In this document: piece after piece, positions 38,701 to 50,796 of the stretch | How the letters are laid out: each line of letters begins with the position of its first letter | How positions within the stretch are numbered: position 1 is the first letter of the stretch | Origin: Antedon mediterranea | Lineage: Eukaryota > Animalia > Echinodermata | Direction: 5' to 3' | NCBI RefSeq assembly: GCF_964355755.1 | Contig: NC_092670.1 | Coordinates: forward strand, 14,432,795-14,496,794 | Length of the DNA: 64,000 bases | The notes under the pieces: generated by a model | The model's database searches: none | Told to the model about the DNA's origin: nothing | What the model saw: only the letters and a program-made list of their open reading frames with translations | Made by a program: the position numbers and the translations under genes

Positions 38701-41700
38701 GGAATTTATTGCAACCTTGTGTTGTTTATAATAGGATCTGAACTTGTCTCCTTTTTACCAAATTTATTTATACATTACTGTCAAGGTTGATCAGTTGATT
38801 TGTTAATAGTGTTATCGTTTGGTCTCCTGAAAATTTGCAGCAAACGAGCAATTAAACCAGTTATTGGTAAATACGGAACGCCCAAAGTGAATTAATCTGT
38901 TTAATATAGCTATCTACAGTATCATTCACTGAAAACATTAATGAATATTTTAGCTTTATAATAAATAAATGTTCTTAATAAACGAACTTCTTATTCTTTT
39001 AAGTTTATTCCTTCATATCTCAATTCTCAGCATTTGGAAGAATAAATGAAACGCGCGTTAAAAGCAGTGCTAAAACTGCTGGATTGGATTGAGCTTCGTG
39101 AGTTGTGTCAGTAGTGATTTGTAGACCCAAAAATAGCCAATTGTCCACGCAAACAAGAATAGTAATAAATATGTTATATACCTACCTAAAAAATAAATAA
39201 ATAATATACATGTTGCTACAACTGCTAAGAAAAATAACACGAACAAAATGGAGGCCAGTGCAACCTGTTTCCTTCTGTTTTTGTACGGTTTCTTATATCT
39301 ATATTTTGGTTGTTCATGTTGATGTGTCGTCGGCATCACATAGTCGGAATTAAAGCTTCGAGTATCAACGTCTCCCATATAGTTTGTGTAGTGGTAAACC
39401 GGATCCAGAGGATCGTCGGTGTACGCTTTATTGTGGGCCGCTAGATAAGTAGGCTGCAAAAGAAAAACAATCATTTAAAACGTATTTGTTTTTATTATTG
39501 CCGTGGTTGTGAGAAAAAACAATACAACAGTTTTATTTTTAAACGTGAATACCGTAAACACGTTCGGATTCGGAACAGATCGTTGATGAGTGTTCCATAA
39601 CAGTGTATTGGTACGATAATAAACGATAGTTAGGGCCTACATATTATATAGTTTACAGTTTGTTTAAATAAAAAAATCGTCGTATAGCGGAATGTACATA
39701 CATTATACTGTAACTTGCGTCTGGTAATTAGTGACACATGTATTGTTAAAATAAAATATAGTCTAGTTTTTCCTAAATGGCCGCCCATAGCCACATTTGC
39801 ATTACTGTACACTGGTTGTGTAGTTGGATGGATTTAATTAGGTCTTCTCGAACTGGGTCAGTAGATTATAGAAATGTCCTGGAAGTACGCTATTTTAATA
39901 TAGATTGATTGACCTATAAACAAATTAATTGCCCAAAAAAAAAAAAACAACAGTGAAAATATTATTTTAATTTTATCTTTTGATTCAACCCAATTTTTGA
40001 CAGATTTCTTGTCTTAGTGAACAAATCATCGTTGATTAGACGTTTTAATAGCCAAATTCTTAAATTTACGTCCGGATATAAAAATCTTGAAAATGCTAAT
40101 GATGAATAGGAACAATTAGTTTAACCACTGGCCTATTCTGACTTATATACTCAAAAACTGACGAATAGTTTTACTTTAATAACGATACAATGGCATTACG
40201 CAATCGTGCGAAATATATGATTTCACATTCTTTATTCATTTTTAAAACTTTCTAAAAGTGTGAAAATGCAATGTTCAGATAGACTTCAAGTTATGACTAA
40301 GGGTATAAAGAATGTCCTAAGAATGCCTGGTGAATAGGGCTAAGGATTTATCGAAAGTTGATTCTTTGTTTTATATTTAAATGATATTGATACTAATATA
40401 TACATAGTGAAAAGGTTACAATCTACCCATGTTTAACGTTAAATCTTTTAAGCAAAATGAATATTTCAAACAATATATTTCTTTTTTCAACTTTCCACAA
40501 CTTTTCCTCGTTTTGCCAAATGCTATTAAAATACCAAAATATCCATTTAATGCTATCCGATAATTAAAGTAAAACAAGGGTAACATTTTGTTTTATTTTT
40601 ATTTAAAGATTTAATGGACTAATATATACAATATATTTATTTATTAAATGTAAAAGAATAAATGTAAGATAAAACGAATGTTGATGTTCATGTGCAGACA
40701 CCTGGCTACGAGTCTTGAGGAATCGAGTAGCAGATGATGACCTTTACCTAGTACAGGCTACCACGATAAATAATATTGTCACAACTAATTTATCAACGAC
40801 AAGTGACAGATACAAGGACCAGTGTGGTAAACCCACAGAAGCCCAATTAACAGTTTGCTACACATGGTGCTTACAGCTTGAACCTATAAATTATAGGCCC
40901 ATGCTCACAGCGAGGCAGGGTAATCAAACACTTTGCGAAATAACATAACAGACTAAATAAAAATAAACAAAGGCACGGCAACAAACTATTTAAATCCCAT
41001 CTATTTTGTTAAAAGGGATGGTGTTAAATAGTTTTATCCTGGAGGCATGGTTTGAAAAAAAAAAAAGGAAAATAAGTGTAAATTGTTCTCCCGAAGCTCA
41101 TGTTCGGGTGGGTTAGAAATTGGTATAAATTAAAAATACAGATATAAGGGAGAGAAGGGGTGGGTGGGGGGTTTGCGGTCGTAATCGTCTGTACTGACAA
41201 CTTCTGTAGTAATCAAGAGTGTAGTAAGTACTGTACGTTATATCATGGCGGAAACCCTCCATGAATATATTATGTTGACAGCAGGCGTTCATCGGTGTCA
41301 GAAATCGTGTTGTTTTTGTATGATCCTAGTTTGTTTTAAAAACCTTGGTATTTGGTATCTCTTCCAACTCATACATCACGTCAACAGTATTATCTTATGA
41401 AGAATGGTTCAGCTTACGACCCTCGGCCTCACGTGACCGTATCAATACATTATTCTCAAATGACAAAACAAAGGTAACAATTGTTATCAATTAAGCGGAA
41501 CAATACCGAATACAATCAGGCAATATGAATCACTATTAAACCTTCATTGAATACACCTCTTCGTTTATAGCTAGAAATGAGAAACCTTACTCTATTGTGT
41601 TAACAATACATAAATTATTTACAGCGTTAGAACCTATGAATAGGGTTTCAATATACTGTAGTAACTTAATTTATTCACGCTCAACAAGAAGAAGAGATTT

Positions 41701-43747
41701 TTTAATAGATATTAATGAGTCAACTTTTAATGATTAATGCAATTGGGGATATTTATAAATTGTGTACAAAAAACCATTTAACAGGTATCTTCGTATGAAT
41801 TGTATTTATTGTAATACAAACTAGTTTATAGATAAACAATCCCAACATAATGTAAGCCTATAGAAACTGATAACTGATATGTATCTCTTCTATAAAACAT
41901 TGTAGAGTAGACACAAATCTAGCAGGTATTGTAACCCAGTAACACTACCCTAGCCTAGCGAACAGCAGAGATATTTGGATCTGGAGGCCGTGGGTTCCAT
42001 TTGGCATAATGTATCGAGCACTTTTTTGCTCAAAATCTTGATCAAGTAAAATGATAATCCAACACATAGTTATCTTTATTCTTTATATCAAACCAACAGT
42101 GTAAAACACCAATAACAGGTTGAAAATAAAAAATAAACTATAAAATATGATTGAGCCAATATAAATATATACAAATGAAAAAGAAAATTTAAATAATTTC
42201 ATTAATAATACATTTAAATTGAGAAAAATTACAGTTAAAAATATCTAAAGAATTATTTTTTGAAAGACATGAATTGTACAATGACGAGAGTCTACAGAAA
42301 ATACCATTTTTACAAACATTGACACGAGAATATTTAACATGAAGAAAGGGTTTACTACGAAGATTACGAACAGGAACATTAAAATAAAACAACGAAACAA
42401 GATCACAATCAAACTTAGAAGTAAGACATTTATACAGGAAGTGCAAGCCCTGTCTTGCTCTCCTAGATGTCGGGGAAACAATAGGAGGCAGGTTGGCTGC
42501 TGGGCCGACAAAGCGCAAGAACTTGTTATGGGTCCGATCAATTCTGGAGGCTTTAGAAGCAGAGAGTGAATTGTAAATAATTGAACAGAAATTAAAAGAT
42601 GGTTGGACGAGGAAAAGATAAAGCGCACGTTTGGTGTATGGAGAAAAATGTTTGCAATTGCGCCATATAGTTTGCAATTGCGCCATATAGAAATTGATTG
42701 TACGTGACGTATATTTCATATAACATATAAATTACATAAAACAAAGATGACGAATGTTTGAAGTGTGAAATCAAATATTAACCACTTAATAATAAACAAC
42801 GACCACACCGCGATTCACACCCGAGTTGCTTTGATCTATATGGTTACACAAGCATTCCCGAAACAAGGTCAACAAGAATGAAAACAATAGTAAAGTGTTG
42901 CATTGAATCATTGTTAGCCATACGCTTACGTCATCAAAGTGTCTTCTGTGTTTGCGCAAGGAGTTGTAAAAGTGAATAATATCACATTCTTAGGCCTTGG
43001 AATTTACCTGTAGGCCTATCTATTAAAATGGAGAATGCCACCTCATCTTATGGGTCCGTGACGTATCAGAGGCCTGCTTAAAACCTTGATTTTTTCTCAA
43101 TTACCATTTTTGTTTTTGATTGATTTCTATTTGCAATTAACTTGTAGTGAGTGCCACCGATTCACGGGAAACCAAATGAATAAACAAACTAAATTACAAT
43201 TTTTTGACCAAAAAAATGTACTGAAATTATTAGACAAAAACACAATTTAACGTGCATCCTTTTACTGTTTGTTAGTACGAGTTGAGTATATTTACTACTG
43301 TATTCAATTATAGTCTACAGTTAGCATCCTGGGAAAGAAAATACAAGTTATAAAATATATATCCATAATCCATTGATATTAATAAATAGAATGGGTAAAT
43401 ATGTTCCTTACTAATATTAATACAGTACTGTAATTGGTTTGAACCTCCAATGAGGTGGTTCTGGAAAATATGTAGTGTATACTACTACCGATATAAACTA
43501 CGAGTACGAATATATCATTATGCTCGAAACTCTCTCACATACATTACAATGACATTCATGCTATATTAAATTACAGTATTCATCAATATGACATAACACC
43601 GTTATAATGGTACAGTATGGCAAATCCGTACAGTACAGTAAAGTATACAAAACTTAAAAACTACTGAACTGTCCTAAGTAAGGCTAATGCATGGATAGTG
43701 AGACTGAAGCTTACCTCATAAATAGAATTCGGTCGAATGTAAGACAT
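23714..43747 (-). CDS. Type-II transmembrane mosaic serine protease (corin/enteropeptidase/nudel-like): TM-SEA-Thr-rich mucin-SEA-FZ-trypsin-LDLa x4-FZ-LDLa-FZ-LDLa x2
   Basis: 24 phase-compatible exons: 43747-43715 ([11 protein letters not shown]), 39453-39186 (signal anchor [26 protein letters not shown] after KNRRKQ), 38149-38120, SEA1 37662-37538/36929-36862/36397-36198 (FRNGSTVV), mucin+SEA2 36012-35162/34840-34773/34311-34121 (KSGSIIV), FZ 33753-33358, protease 33028-32842 (R|IVGG, TAAHC), 32587-32322 (ENDIA, RPAC, SGWG), 32218-32073 (GKDACQ), 30173-30014 (GDSGGP), LDLa ~29908-29747, 29395-29288, 29019-28889, 28561-28439, FZ 28106-27934 + 27728-27541, LDLa 27371-27249, FZ 27087-26744, LDLa 24170-24051, 23844-23714 (...CGKRR*). 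Catalytic triad and S1 Asp are intact. The first exon is the least certain. Confidence 0.88.
24228..24362. mobile_element. MITE family B (palindromic, paired CCAAT cores); related copies at about 37357-37519, 47955-48060, 57964-58125 and 59546-59690
   Basis: Shared GACGCAACGCAA...TGACCAATCAC...GTGATTGGTCA...TTGCGTTGC; termini like AGCTTGGTTCCCACT next to TAA/TTA. Confidence 0.65.
26250..26390. repeat. Degenerate ~27-bp minisatellite (GGGATGATGGGAAGTTTATTCTACTGT-like)
   Basis: About 5 diverged GATGATGGGAA-containing units in a protease intron. Confidence 0.6.
28210..28315 (+). mobile_element. Possible 3' fragment of an RTE-like LINE
   Basis: Translates as [12 protein letters not shown], resembling the C-terminal DNIKEWTG motif of RTE-clade ORFs; short and recognised only from memory. 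Confidence 0.35.
30540..31830 (+). mobile_element. 5'-truncated non-LTR retrotransposon (CR1/L2-group LINE) RT, antisense within a protease intron
   Basis: ORF 30641-31798 with [40 protein letters not shown]; in-frame RPISITP immediately upstream; (AAT)n tail right after the stop. Confidence 0.93.
36480..36740. repeat. Degenerate (GGT/GAT/GTA)n trinucleotide-type repeat in an intron
   Basis: Runs of GGTGGT, GATGGT, GGTAGCAAC. Confidence 0.7.
42170..42720 (-). mobile_element. 3' fragment of a second LINE (post-RT region) in protease intron 1
   Basis: ORF 42189-42719 has [42 protein letters not shown], typical of LINE ORF2 C-termini; 20-bp tandem duplication at 42651-42690. Confidence 0.7.
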
Positions 43748-43959
43748 GATGAGAAAATAATATCCACCAAAGAAGATGTAATTAAGTCCAATAGTTTAAG
43801 CACGATGCTAATTAGTATTATATACCCTCCTTGGTATCGTAATTCCGGTATTTCTTAACTGTCAAATGTTGTGTGAATGTCAACAGCGGATTTCCGTTCA
43901 ACTGACGATTCGACGAACTCGTCTTTTATCAAAGCGTAAAACTGCTCTATTCATATTCA

Positions 43960-44008
43960 TGAGGGGCGAGGCTTAAAAAGTGACGTCATCGTTATCAACC
44001 AAATATGG
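43960..44008 (-). promoter_or_regulatory. Candidate proximal promoter of the protease gene: GC-box-like site, CRE and CArG box
   Basis: GGGGCGAGGC (~43963), perfect TGACGTCA (43981-43988) and CCAAATATGG (43999-44008), 230-260 nt upstream of the predicted ATG. Confidence 0.5.
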
Positions 44009-44488
44009 TGAGTAATGGTTTCGCGCATTATTTTTTTTTAATAATAAATTTGTAAATAACTATAGTGGGGGGGGGGGGGATATATGCCCCTTACAAATAT
44101 ATTAAAATAAACAATTATTGTTTGCTTAATAACAATAAACTGTAATTTTAATCCCTAAATTTATACAGATATTTATAAAATTTAAACAAACGTTTAATAG
44201 ACCCTCTATCTTTTGTAGTCAAATACTGTAGGTTAATTGTAGATGGAGTTTCTCATCAGGCGGAAGTTTCATTTTGTTTGTCAAGAAAACTTTAGCATAC
44301 GAATTAACGAGAGGCGCAGTATGTTTGAAGATAGGGTTTACCATCAGCCTTCAAATCGACTGGTATCAATTAACTTTTTCCTCTGAAATATTCGTGTATA
44401 AATAAGGCTCAAGGGGGCTTACTTTAAAGGCCAAGAGAGTACCATGTAAGAGCGTGGTATTTCGAAACGTTCATGCTTTTAATGCGTG

Positions 44489-44554
44489 TTTGATAGGCCT
44501 ACTTTGATAGGCCTACTTTGATGGGCCTACTTTGATGGGCCTACTTTGATGGGT
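44489..44554. repeat. 14-bp tandem repeat TTTGATRGGCCTAC, about 4.7 units
   Basis: Directly visible. Confidence 0.9.
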
Positions 44555-46230
44555 CTGATTAACCTATTTCTAGATTTCACTCTCATGATGTTCAGTTTTC
44601 TGCAACAGGTATCATGTTATATACAATTGAATCAAATTCCTCTGAAATGCGCTAAACTTTTAGTTGATTTGCCTTTTTTTGTCTAATAAAATACACGTTT
44701 GAATAATATGTGAAATACTTTCCTAGGCTTTAAGTGTTCTTTTGTTAAATCCTGTTGTTATACTAATTTACGTACCGGTATGTAATGTATGTATGCACTG
44801 TGGGCCGCCTCTTTTGTGTCGGTACTGGTACATTAAACAGGTCTAAAGAAGAACAGTTTGTTTCCTACTGTATTAGCTTGTTCTTTATTCATAGTAAAAC
44901 GAAAAATAAAAGTTATTTTGAAAAAAAATATGTTTTTTCCTGATTGATACTTAATTTATTGGGCCTTCACCTTAATATGACTTGGCATTCATTCGTTATA
45001 ATTTTTTTGGATTCACTCCAATTTGATAAAATGTCATCGTTTAGGCTATGTATTATAAAATTACTGTTCTTATGATAAGACTGGCTTACATAATTAGTTT
45101 TGCTTACTTCCTCCTTTACCATTTAAAAAATAAATGATTACTATATTATAACTAAAGGCCACGTAAGGTATGATTGCATTTATGTTGTATGTCGATATGA
45201 CCCATTACTTATTCGCTCGGATTGTCTTAAAAAACAAGATTGATTCAAATATTTGTATGACATTGTCAAGGTCTGAGTATGGTTACAAAAATAGCTTTGA
45301 AATAGGATTTTAAACTTGGTACAGTACTAGTTTGTTTTAACACAATACTGTACCGTACTATACTAGTCCTAAAGCTTGTTTAAAAAAAAAATATTATTCA
45401 GTATTAACCAGAACGATAATTTGTTTGATTACAACGTAACAACATAAAACATTTCACGTTATGAGATTTTTTTTAAATTCATATAATTTGGATTCAATAC
45501 AGTTCGATGATCTACTAGGCCTACTTAAAATGTAATTTTCCACGACACTCATTTTCATCAGAATGTTTCCCCACCCTCCTCCTCGTGGTGACTGACCCAC
45601 AATCTTAACTAGGCATCTATTCAGTAGGCCTTATTATGAATCTGTCTCATTTCGTTATGTTCTGAACTTAAATCGGTAGAGGATATAACTGTCACTCGCA
45701 AAAACATCGGGTAAACTTTACTCGATGATTTATACAGGCCTACACATGGAAACAGAATGAAAAAAAGTGATATAAATGTCTGAATTTAATATCTCTGTGG
45801 GTGTCGTAATGTGGCCTACGTGAGTATGTTTAGGTCGTACTTTAACCATAGGAGCGACATTACTCAACATTAATAAAATGCAGATATTTCATAATATTAA
45901 ACAAAAACTATGAATGTTTACTTAAAGGAATTTCAACAATGTTTATTACTTTCATAATAAAAGTTGTGACGAAAGATAAGTTTATCTGCTGAATTACCAT
46001 TTACAGAATAGTTATGTACTACAAATCGATTCTGAAACAATTAGGTCTGTTTTTTTATGGAACATCAATGTGACCTTTGTTGGCACATTAATAGAGTATT
46101 CAAGTTCAATTGGGTCATTAATGTAACAGCTTACAGTTCAGTTCGACAGGTACAATAGAAACCTGCTACTTATAACAGAATCGATTAAAATATGAAATAT
46201 GAAATCTTTCAACAATATCACCAAATCTAA

Positions 46231-46373
46231 AGCCCTGTCTACACAAAAAAATGTGATGTGACCGTATATAGACATGATTATGTCATATCACTACCATATT
46301 TTGGCATATCACTACCATTCGGCACATCACACTTTTTGTTTGTCAAACTAGTTTGATAGTGTAGATAAAAGCG
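46231..46373. mobile_element. MITE family A (copy 4, inverted orientation)
   Basis: TAA-AGCCCTGTCTACAC...GTGTAGATAAAAGCG-TAA; internal CATATCACTACCAT units. Confidence 0.75.
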
Positions 46374-46670
46374 TAAATCTATCAAAAAGGGTCAATTGAA
46401 TTACTGTATCTTTTTTAACACAATTGTAAAAAAGTAAACTGATACGAGAAATAAATATAATTTTGGTAGCATTTACTCGACAAAAAAAGATCAGATAAAA
46501 GGTTACATTTAAAATGACGAGTACGACATCCAACAGATTTAACGAAGGTTAACAGCGAGATAAAATAACAATTATACATTTAATACAGAAAAAAATACCA
46601 ATGGTTTCAGTTTAGTTTTTGGCCATTGGTTTAGTTTTATGGTTAGGCCGTGAGTCTGAACATACCCTAA

Positions 46671-46808
46671 AGCTCTATCTACACATCAAACTAGTTTGAC
46701 ACAAAAAGTGTGATGTGCCCAAATATTTGTAGTGATATTACATCATCATATCCATATATGGGTACATCACATTATTTTTTCACATAAACTTTGATGGCAG
46801 ACAGAGCA
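46671..46808. mobile_element. MITE family A (copy 5)
   Basis: TAA-AGCTCTATCTACAC...GCAGACAGAGCA-TAA. Confidence 0.75.
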
Positions 46809-49800
46809 TAATACATCCTAAAAATACATTTTAAAGAACTTAAGCTATACTGTAGCTGGGAAGAATTTACTTAGTTATGTTATTACAGTATGTCTACTAT
46901 GCTCTTTAAGCAAAAACATAGGCCCTACCTACATTACAATGTAAAGTTTAAATAGACGTTGAAATATAATTTATATGTAAGTAATTTTCCACTGATGAAT
47001 GAATGGGTATAGTTTCAAAAAAGAATCTTTTAAATCATGCTAATTACATTTGTTCTGCCTATAGGCTATTATGGTTGAAGATGCATTGTTCCTCATAATA
47101 AAGATGAATCAATTTAAATTATGCATACCGGTACCGCTACAAAATATTAAAATGTTGCTAAAAAATGTATAAATAAATAAAATAATAATGTTGCTTTATT
47201 ACTGGAATTGAATTTACCGATTGACCTCTATGCATGCAATGCACTTCTGGTTGATATTTGTTTCTTTTTACGGCTTTATTTTTAGTTATGATGGGGTATA
47301 AATCTTTTTTTTTCGATCAAATTTGTCTAAAGTAATAAATACAGTAGGCCTATTATATGACATTGCAATAGCCCGTTCAGGGTACATTATTACATTTCGT
47401 GTCAAGTGGCCTATTTAAAACATTTGCAAAACATATTTTTTAAATAATTTATGACCACGTAAAGATAACTTTGCCCCAAAATCAACAACAATACATTCGT
47501 GGAACCAGTGATAAGGCAACACTTTGTTGTGGTTACAGAAATATTATATGACATTAATGACCTATTCGGGGGGATAACATATCTTGAAAACTTCTTGTCA
47601 CGTAGATTATTTCCATAAAGATTTAGTAAATAATTTATTACCACGTAGGTAAAGCTAACTTTGCTCCATTATGGTTAAAGCGAAACCAGCAACAGTAATG
47701 ATTTATACACATTCAAGGAACTACAAATAATGTGACTCATAAATATTTATGTAAAACTATGGTTACAGATTATGTTATGTACAGTAGTACAGTTTTATTT
47801 CCACCCCGTATTTTATTACGGAACTGAAATGGTTTTCAGAATTGTGTTGTGGCTGAATCAAAGTTATGTATTGTGTGCCTTCAATTTATTGAATCGTGGT
47901 TGGGGGCCTACTATACATTTTATGTTGTTTCGAATTTGGAAACCTACACCATAGTCCCACTTAAAAGTAAAAGTTCGCACAACTCCATGGAGTAGTAAAT
48001 TGACCAATCACAGGCCAAGTTTAATTTGTCGATTTTGATTTGCCAAAAGTCACATTACGCGTCTAAGGCCTACTATGTATTCTAATCTAAAAACGTATAG
48101 CAGTTTTGTTACAGACGGGACATTTGTGAGAATATAACTAGCCGTTTCTTTTAAATAAAAACAGATTACAGGATTAAACGCAAAAAAACATTTACACATA
48201 GGCCAGTATACCTACTAAACTGCAACAACACTGTACTGTAGGCCTACAAAAAAAAGAATATTTACGCGTTGTAATATTTCTCCTCATTTTTAAAGAGATT
48301 GAAATATTATTTATAAAATGAGGCTAAGAGAGTTTAATATAAATAAATATAATTAGTCCTACCGTACGGTAATAATTATTAAATGTTTTTTTAAAACTGT
48401 TATTACAATCTTTTGTGACTCATTTTGCCTGCAACACGGCATGCAATAAAATACAAACAGTTCAAATTCGTGTTTGGGTGGGTAGAGAGGCATAAACTCA
48501 GGGGATGGATAAAAGACACCCCCCCCCCTTCTTTCAAAAAGACAAAAATGGACGGGTTGAAAAAAGAAGAGTTTCAAAATATGGTATTTACAATGATAGC
48601 ATGGAATGATAATAATAATGTTTACATGTTATGAAAATAAAATAGTTAACTGATTAAAAAACAACATTGATTTAAAAGTTAGAAGATGTTACATCATTTT
48701 AATAGCAGTATTACATGTAGGCCTACTTTGATGCATTGCGCATGTGCGCAAATTGTCAAACGTGTACCGTTGCTTAAACTTTGGCTATAGTATTATATTT
48801 TTTAAACGGCAGTCCAACAATAACAAGAAGTTAAAAGTCCACCACGTTCACAGGAAATGCTTACTTTCCCAGGCTGTTGAGTTATATATTATGTACACAA
48901 GAACTTCCGAATTGCCGCCTTTAATCATTCGGCCTTAAAGCGTGTCATAAGTAAGGATGTGGCTTGTTGTGTAGCGATAATTTATGTACAATTGCTGAAG
49001 GAAGACCTAGCTAGGGGATGGACCAAGCAATGGGTCAATAAATACTAAGCAATGATAGACATTGTATAATTGTGAGGTCATCATTAGAAGTCAATATATA
49101 GGCATAATAAACAATGCTGATTTAGACAATATTAGTGTTTAAAAATGACGGCGTTGAAACCTAGGCCTATACGTTTTTAATACTGTAGGTCTTAGTCTTG
49201 AACATGGTTTGTTAACACCATGCATGAGAGAAGAGAATTACTATTGGTTATATTATACCATGATGATTGAAATGCTTTGTTAGGTCACGATAGCATATTG
49301 CTCTCTTAAATACATCATTTGGGTGTTTCAATCATCTTTATTCGATGATTAAAAACAAATTTATTTCGACTGAATTTGTTATCAATATCGATCGCGCAGG
49401 CATTCAACAAAACCGTTTAACCATGTTATTGAAGTTGGACCCTCACAGTAAAACACATTCCCATGGGAACCCAACATTTGAAGAGTGTTCTTAATCTTAA
49501 GCACCACTTTTAATTGAAGTCCAAAAGAGTGTAGCTCAATTCCATTGTTGCATCCTCAGTGCATGGTTATTTAAAATATAAATATATATACATTATCATC
49601 GTGTCAAAGCACTGTCAATGACCTAGCAAATCAAGTAATTAATTTTAATAAAACTGTCATGCTGTAATTTTCGATTTGTCAGTTGTCATGTTTATGGTCT
49701 ACTTGTCAAGTGAATCCAGAAAACAAAAATATATGTAATATAAAGGTTATGAGAAAATGTACCAGACGAATAAAATGAAAGGCAATAAATAGGTTTAAAT

Positions 49801-50105
49801 GGCTTTGAAACGAAGTACTAATTATAGTGGTGGTGTTGTTATGTCAGTCAGAATGTCTCCGTTACGCCGTCTGATCATTATACATATCTGTATGGCTTAA
49901 TAACGAGATTACGAACATTATTTCATGCGTGTACAGTATGTTCATATAAATGTTGTTCTTTAGGCCTAATTGAAACGGATGTCTGTATTGTTATTTTTTC
50001 AATCGAGAATATCTCCATTTTGTGACATGGCTACCTTTATAGACTCTACTAATACAGGTCTGGTATCAAGGGTGGATTCAAGTTTATTTCACCATTTGTT
50101 AGGCC

Positions 50106-50145
50106 CTGGGACCAGGGAGTTGTTTACATTACTCCCTGCTGGGAC
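50106..50145. mobile_element. TSD-flanked micro-palindrome (putative P-superfamily footprint)
   Basis: CTGGGAC-[CAGGGAGTTGTTTACATTACTCCCTG]-CTGGGAC. Confidence 0.75.
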
Positions 50146-50643
50146 CTCCTATTTCATAATCCTGGATCCGCCACTATATACACGGAATGGCCTACTGTAC
50201 AGTATACCGTACCAGGTTTGTGTAATTACTGTGATCAATCCAATTTTCCTAGGCATAGCCTAGGTATACTGTACATGTTTTCTGTGCCTTGTACTTTGAT
50301 CCGGCAGGACTCATTTATCTAAACCAAATCATAGAACTCTATAATAGAATCCAATAAATATGATTGTTTAAAGCGCCGCTGGTTTAAAGAATACGGTAGG
50401 CCTAATATACATCGGCCAACCCAGATGTTACATTCCAACCTGTGTGTTCTTTCGTATTGAGTATTGTTACTGTATTCTACTGACCCTCAACTATAGATCG
50501 TAAAATACTATACGTTTTTATGTTGTGTGTACACGTTTACCTACCTGTTCACGTACTTTAATTTGCAAATGTATGGCCGTAAAACAGTAATTATTAAATA
50601 TTACGTAATAATAGGATAGGATAGGAATAGATAGTACTATTTC

Positions 50644-50695
50644 GTTCAACCAGGGAGTTGTAAAATAATATTTTTTTACAACTCCCTGGTTCAAC
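50644..50695. mobile_element. TSD-flanked micro-palindrome (putative P-superfamily footprint)
   Basis: GTTCAAC-[CAGGGAGTTGTAAAATAATATTTTTTTACAACTCCCTG]-GTTCAAC. Confidence 0.8.
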
Positions 50696-50746
50696 ACTAT
50701 CATAATAATATCCGAAGATCAATCAAACGCCATGCTCGATCGTTTA

Positions 50747-50796
50747 GGCCTAACATAGAGATATTATAGTTCACTATAATATCTCTATGGGCCTAA
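50747..50796. mobile_element. TSD-flanked micro-palindrome with perfect 17-bp arms (putative P-superfamily footprint)
   Basis: GGCCTAA-[CATAGAGATATTATAGT-TC-ACTATAATATCTCTATG]-GGCCTAA. Confidence 0.8.

Noticed and set aside
49203-49222. CATGGTTTGTTAACACCATG and similar short CATG palindromes (e.g. 57055)
   Set aside because: No flanking direct repeat, so not counted among the footprints.
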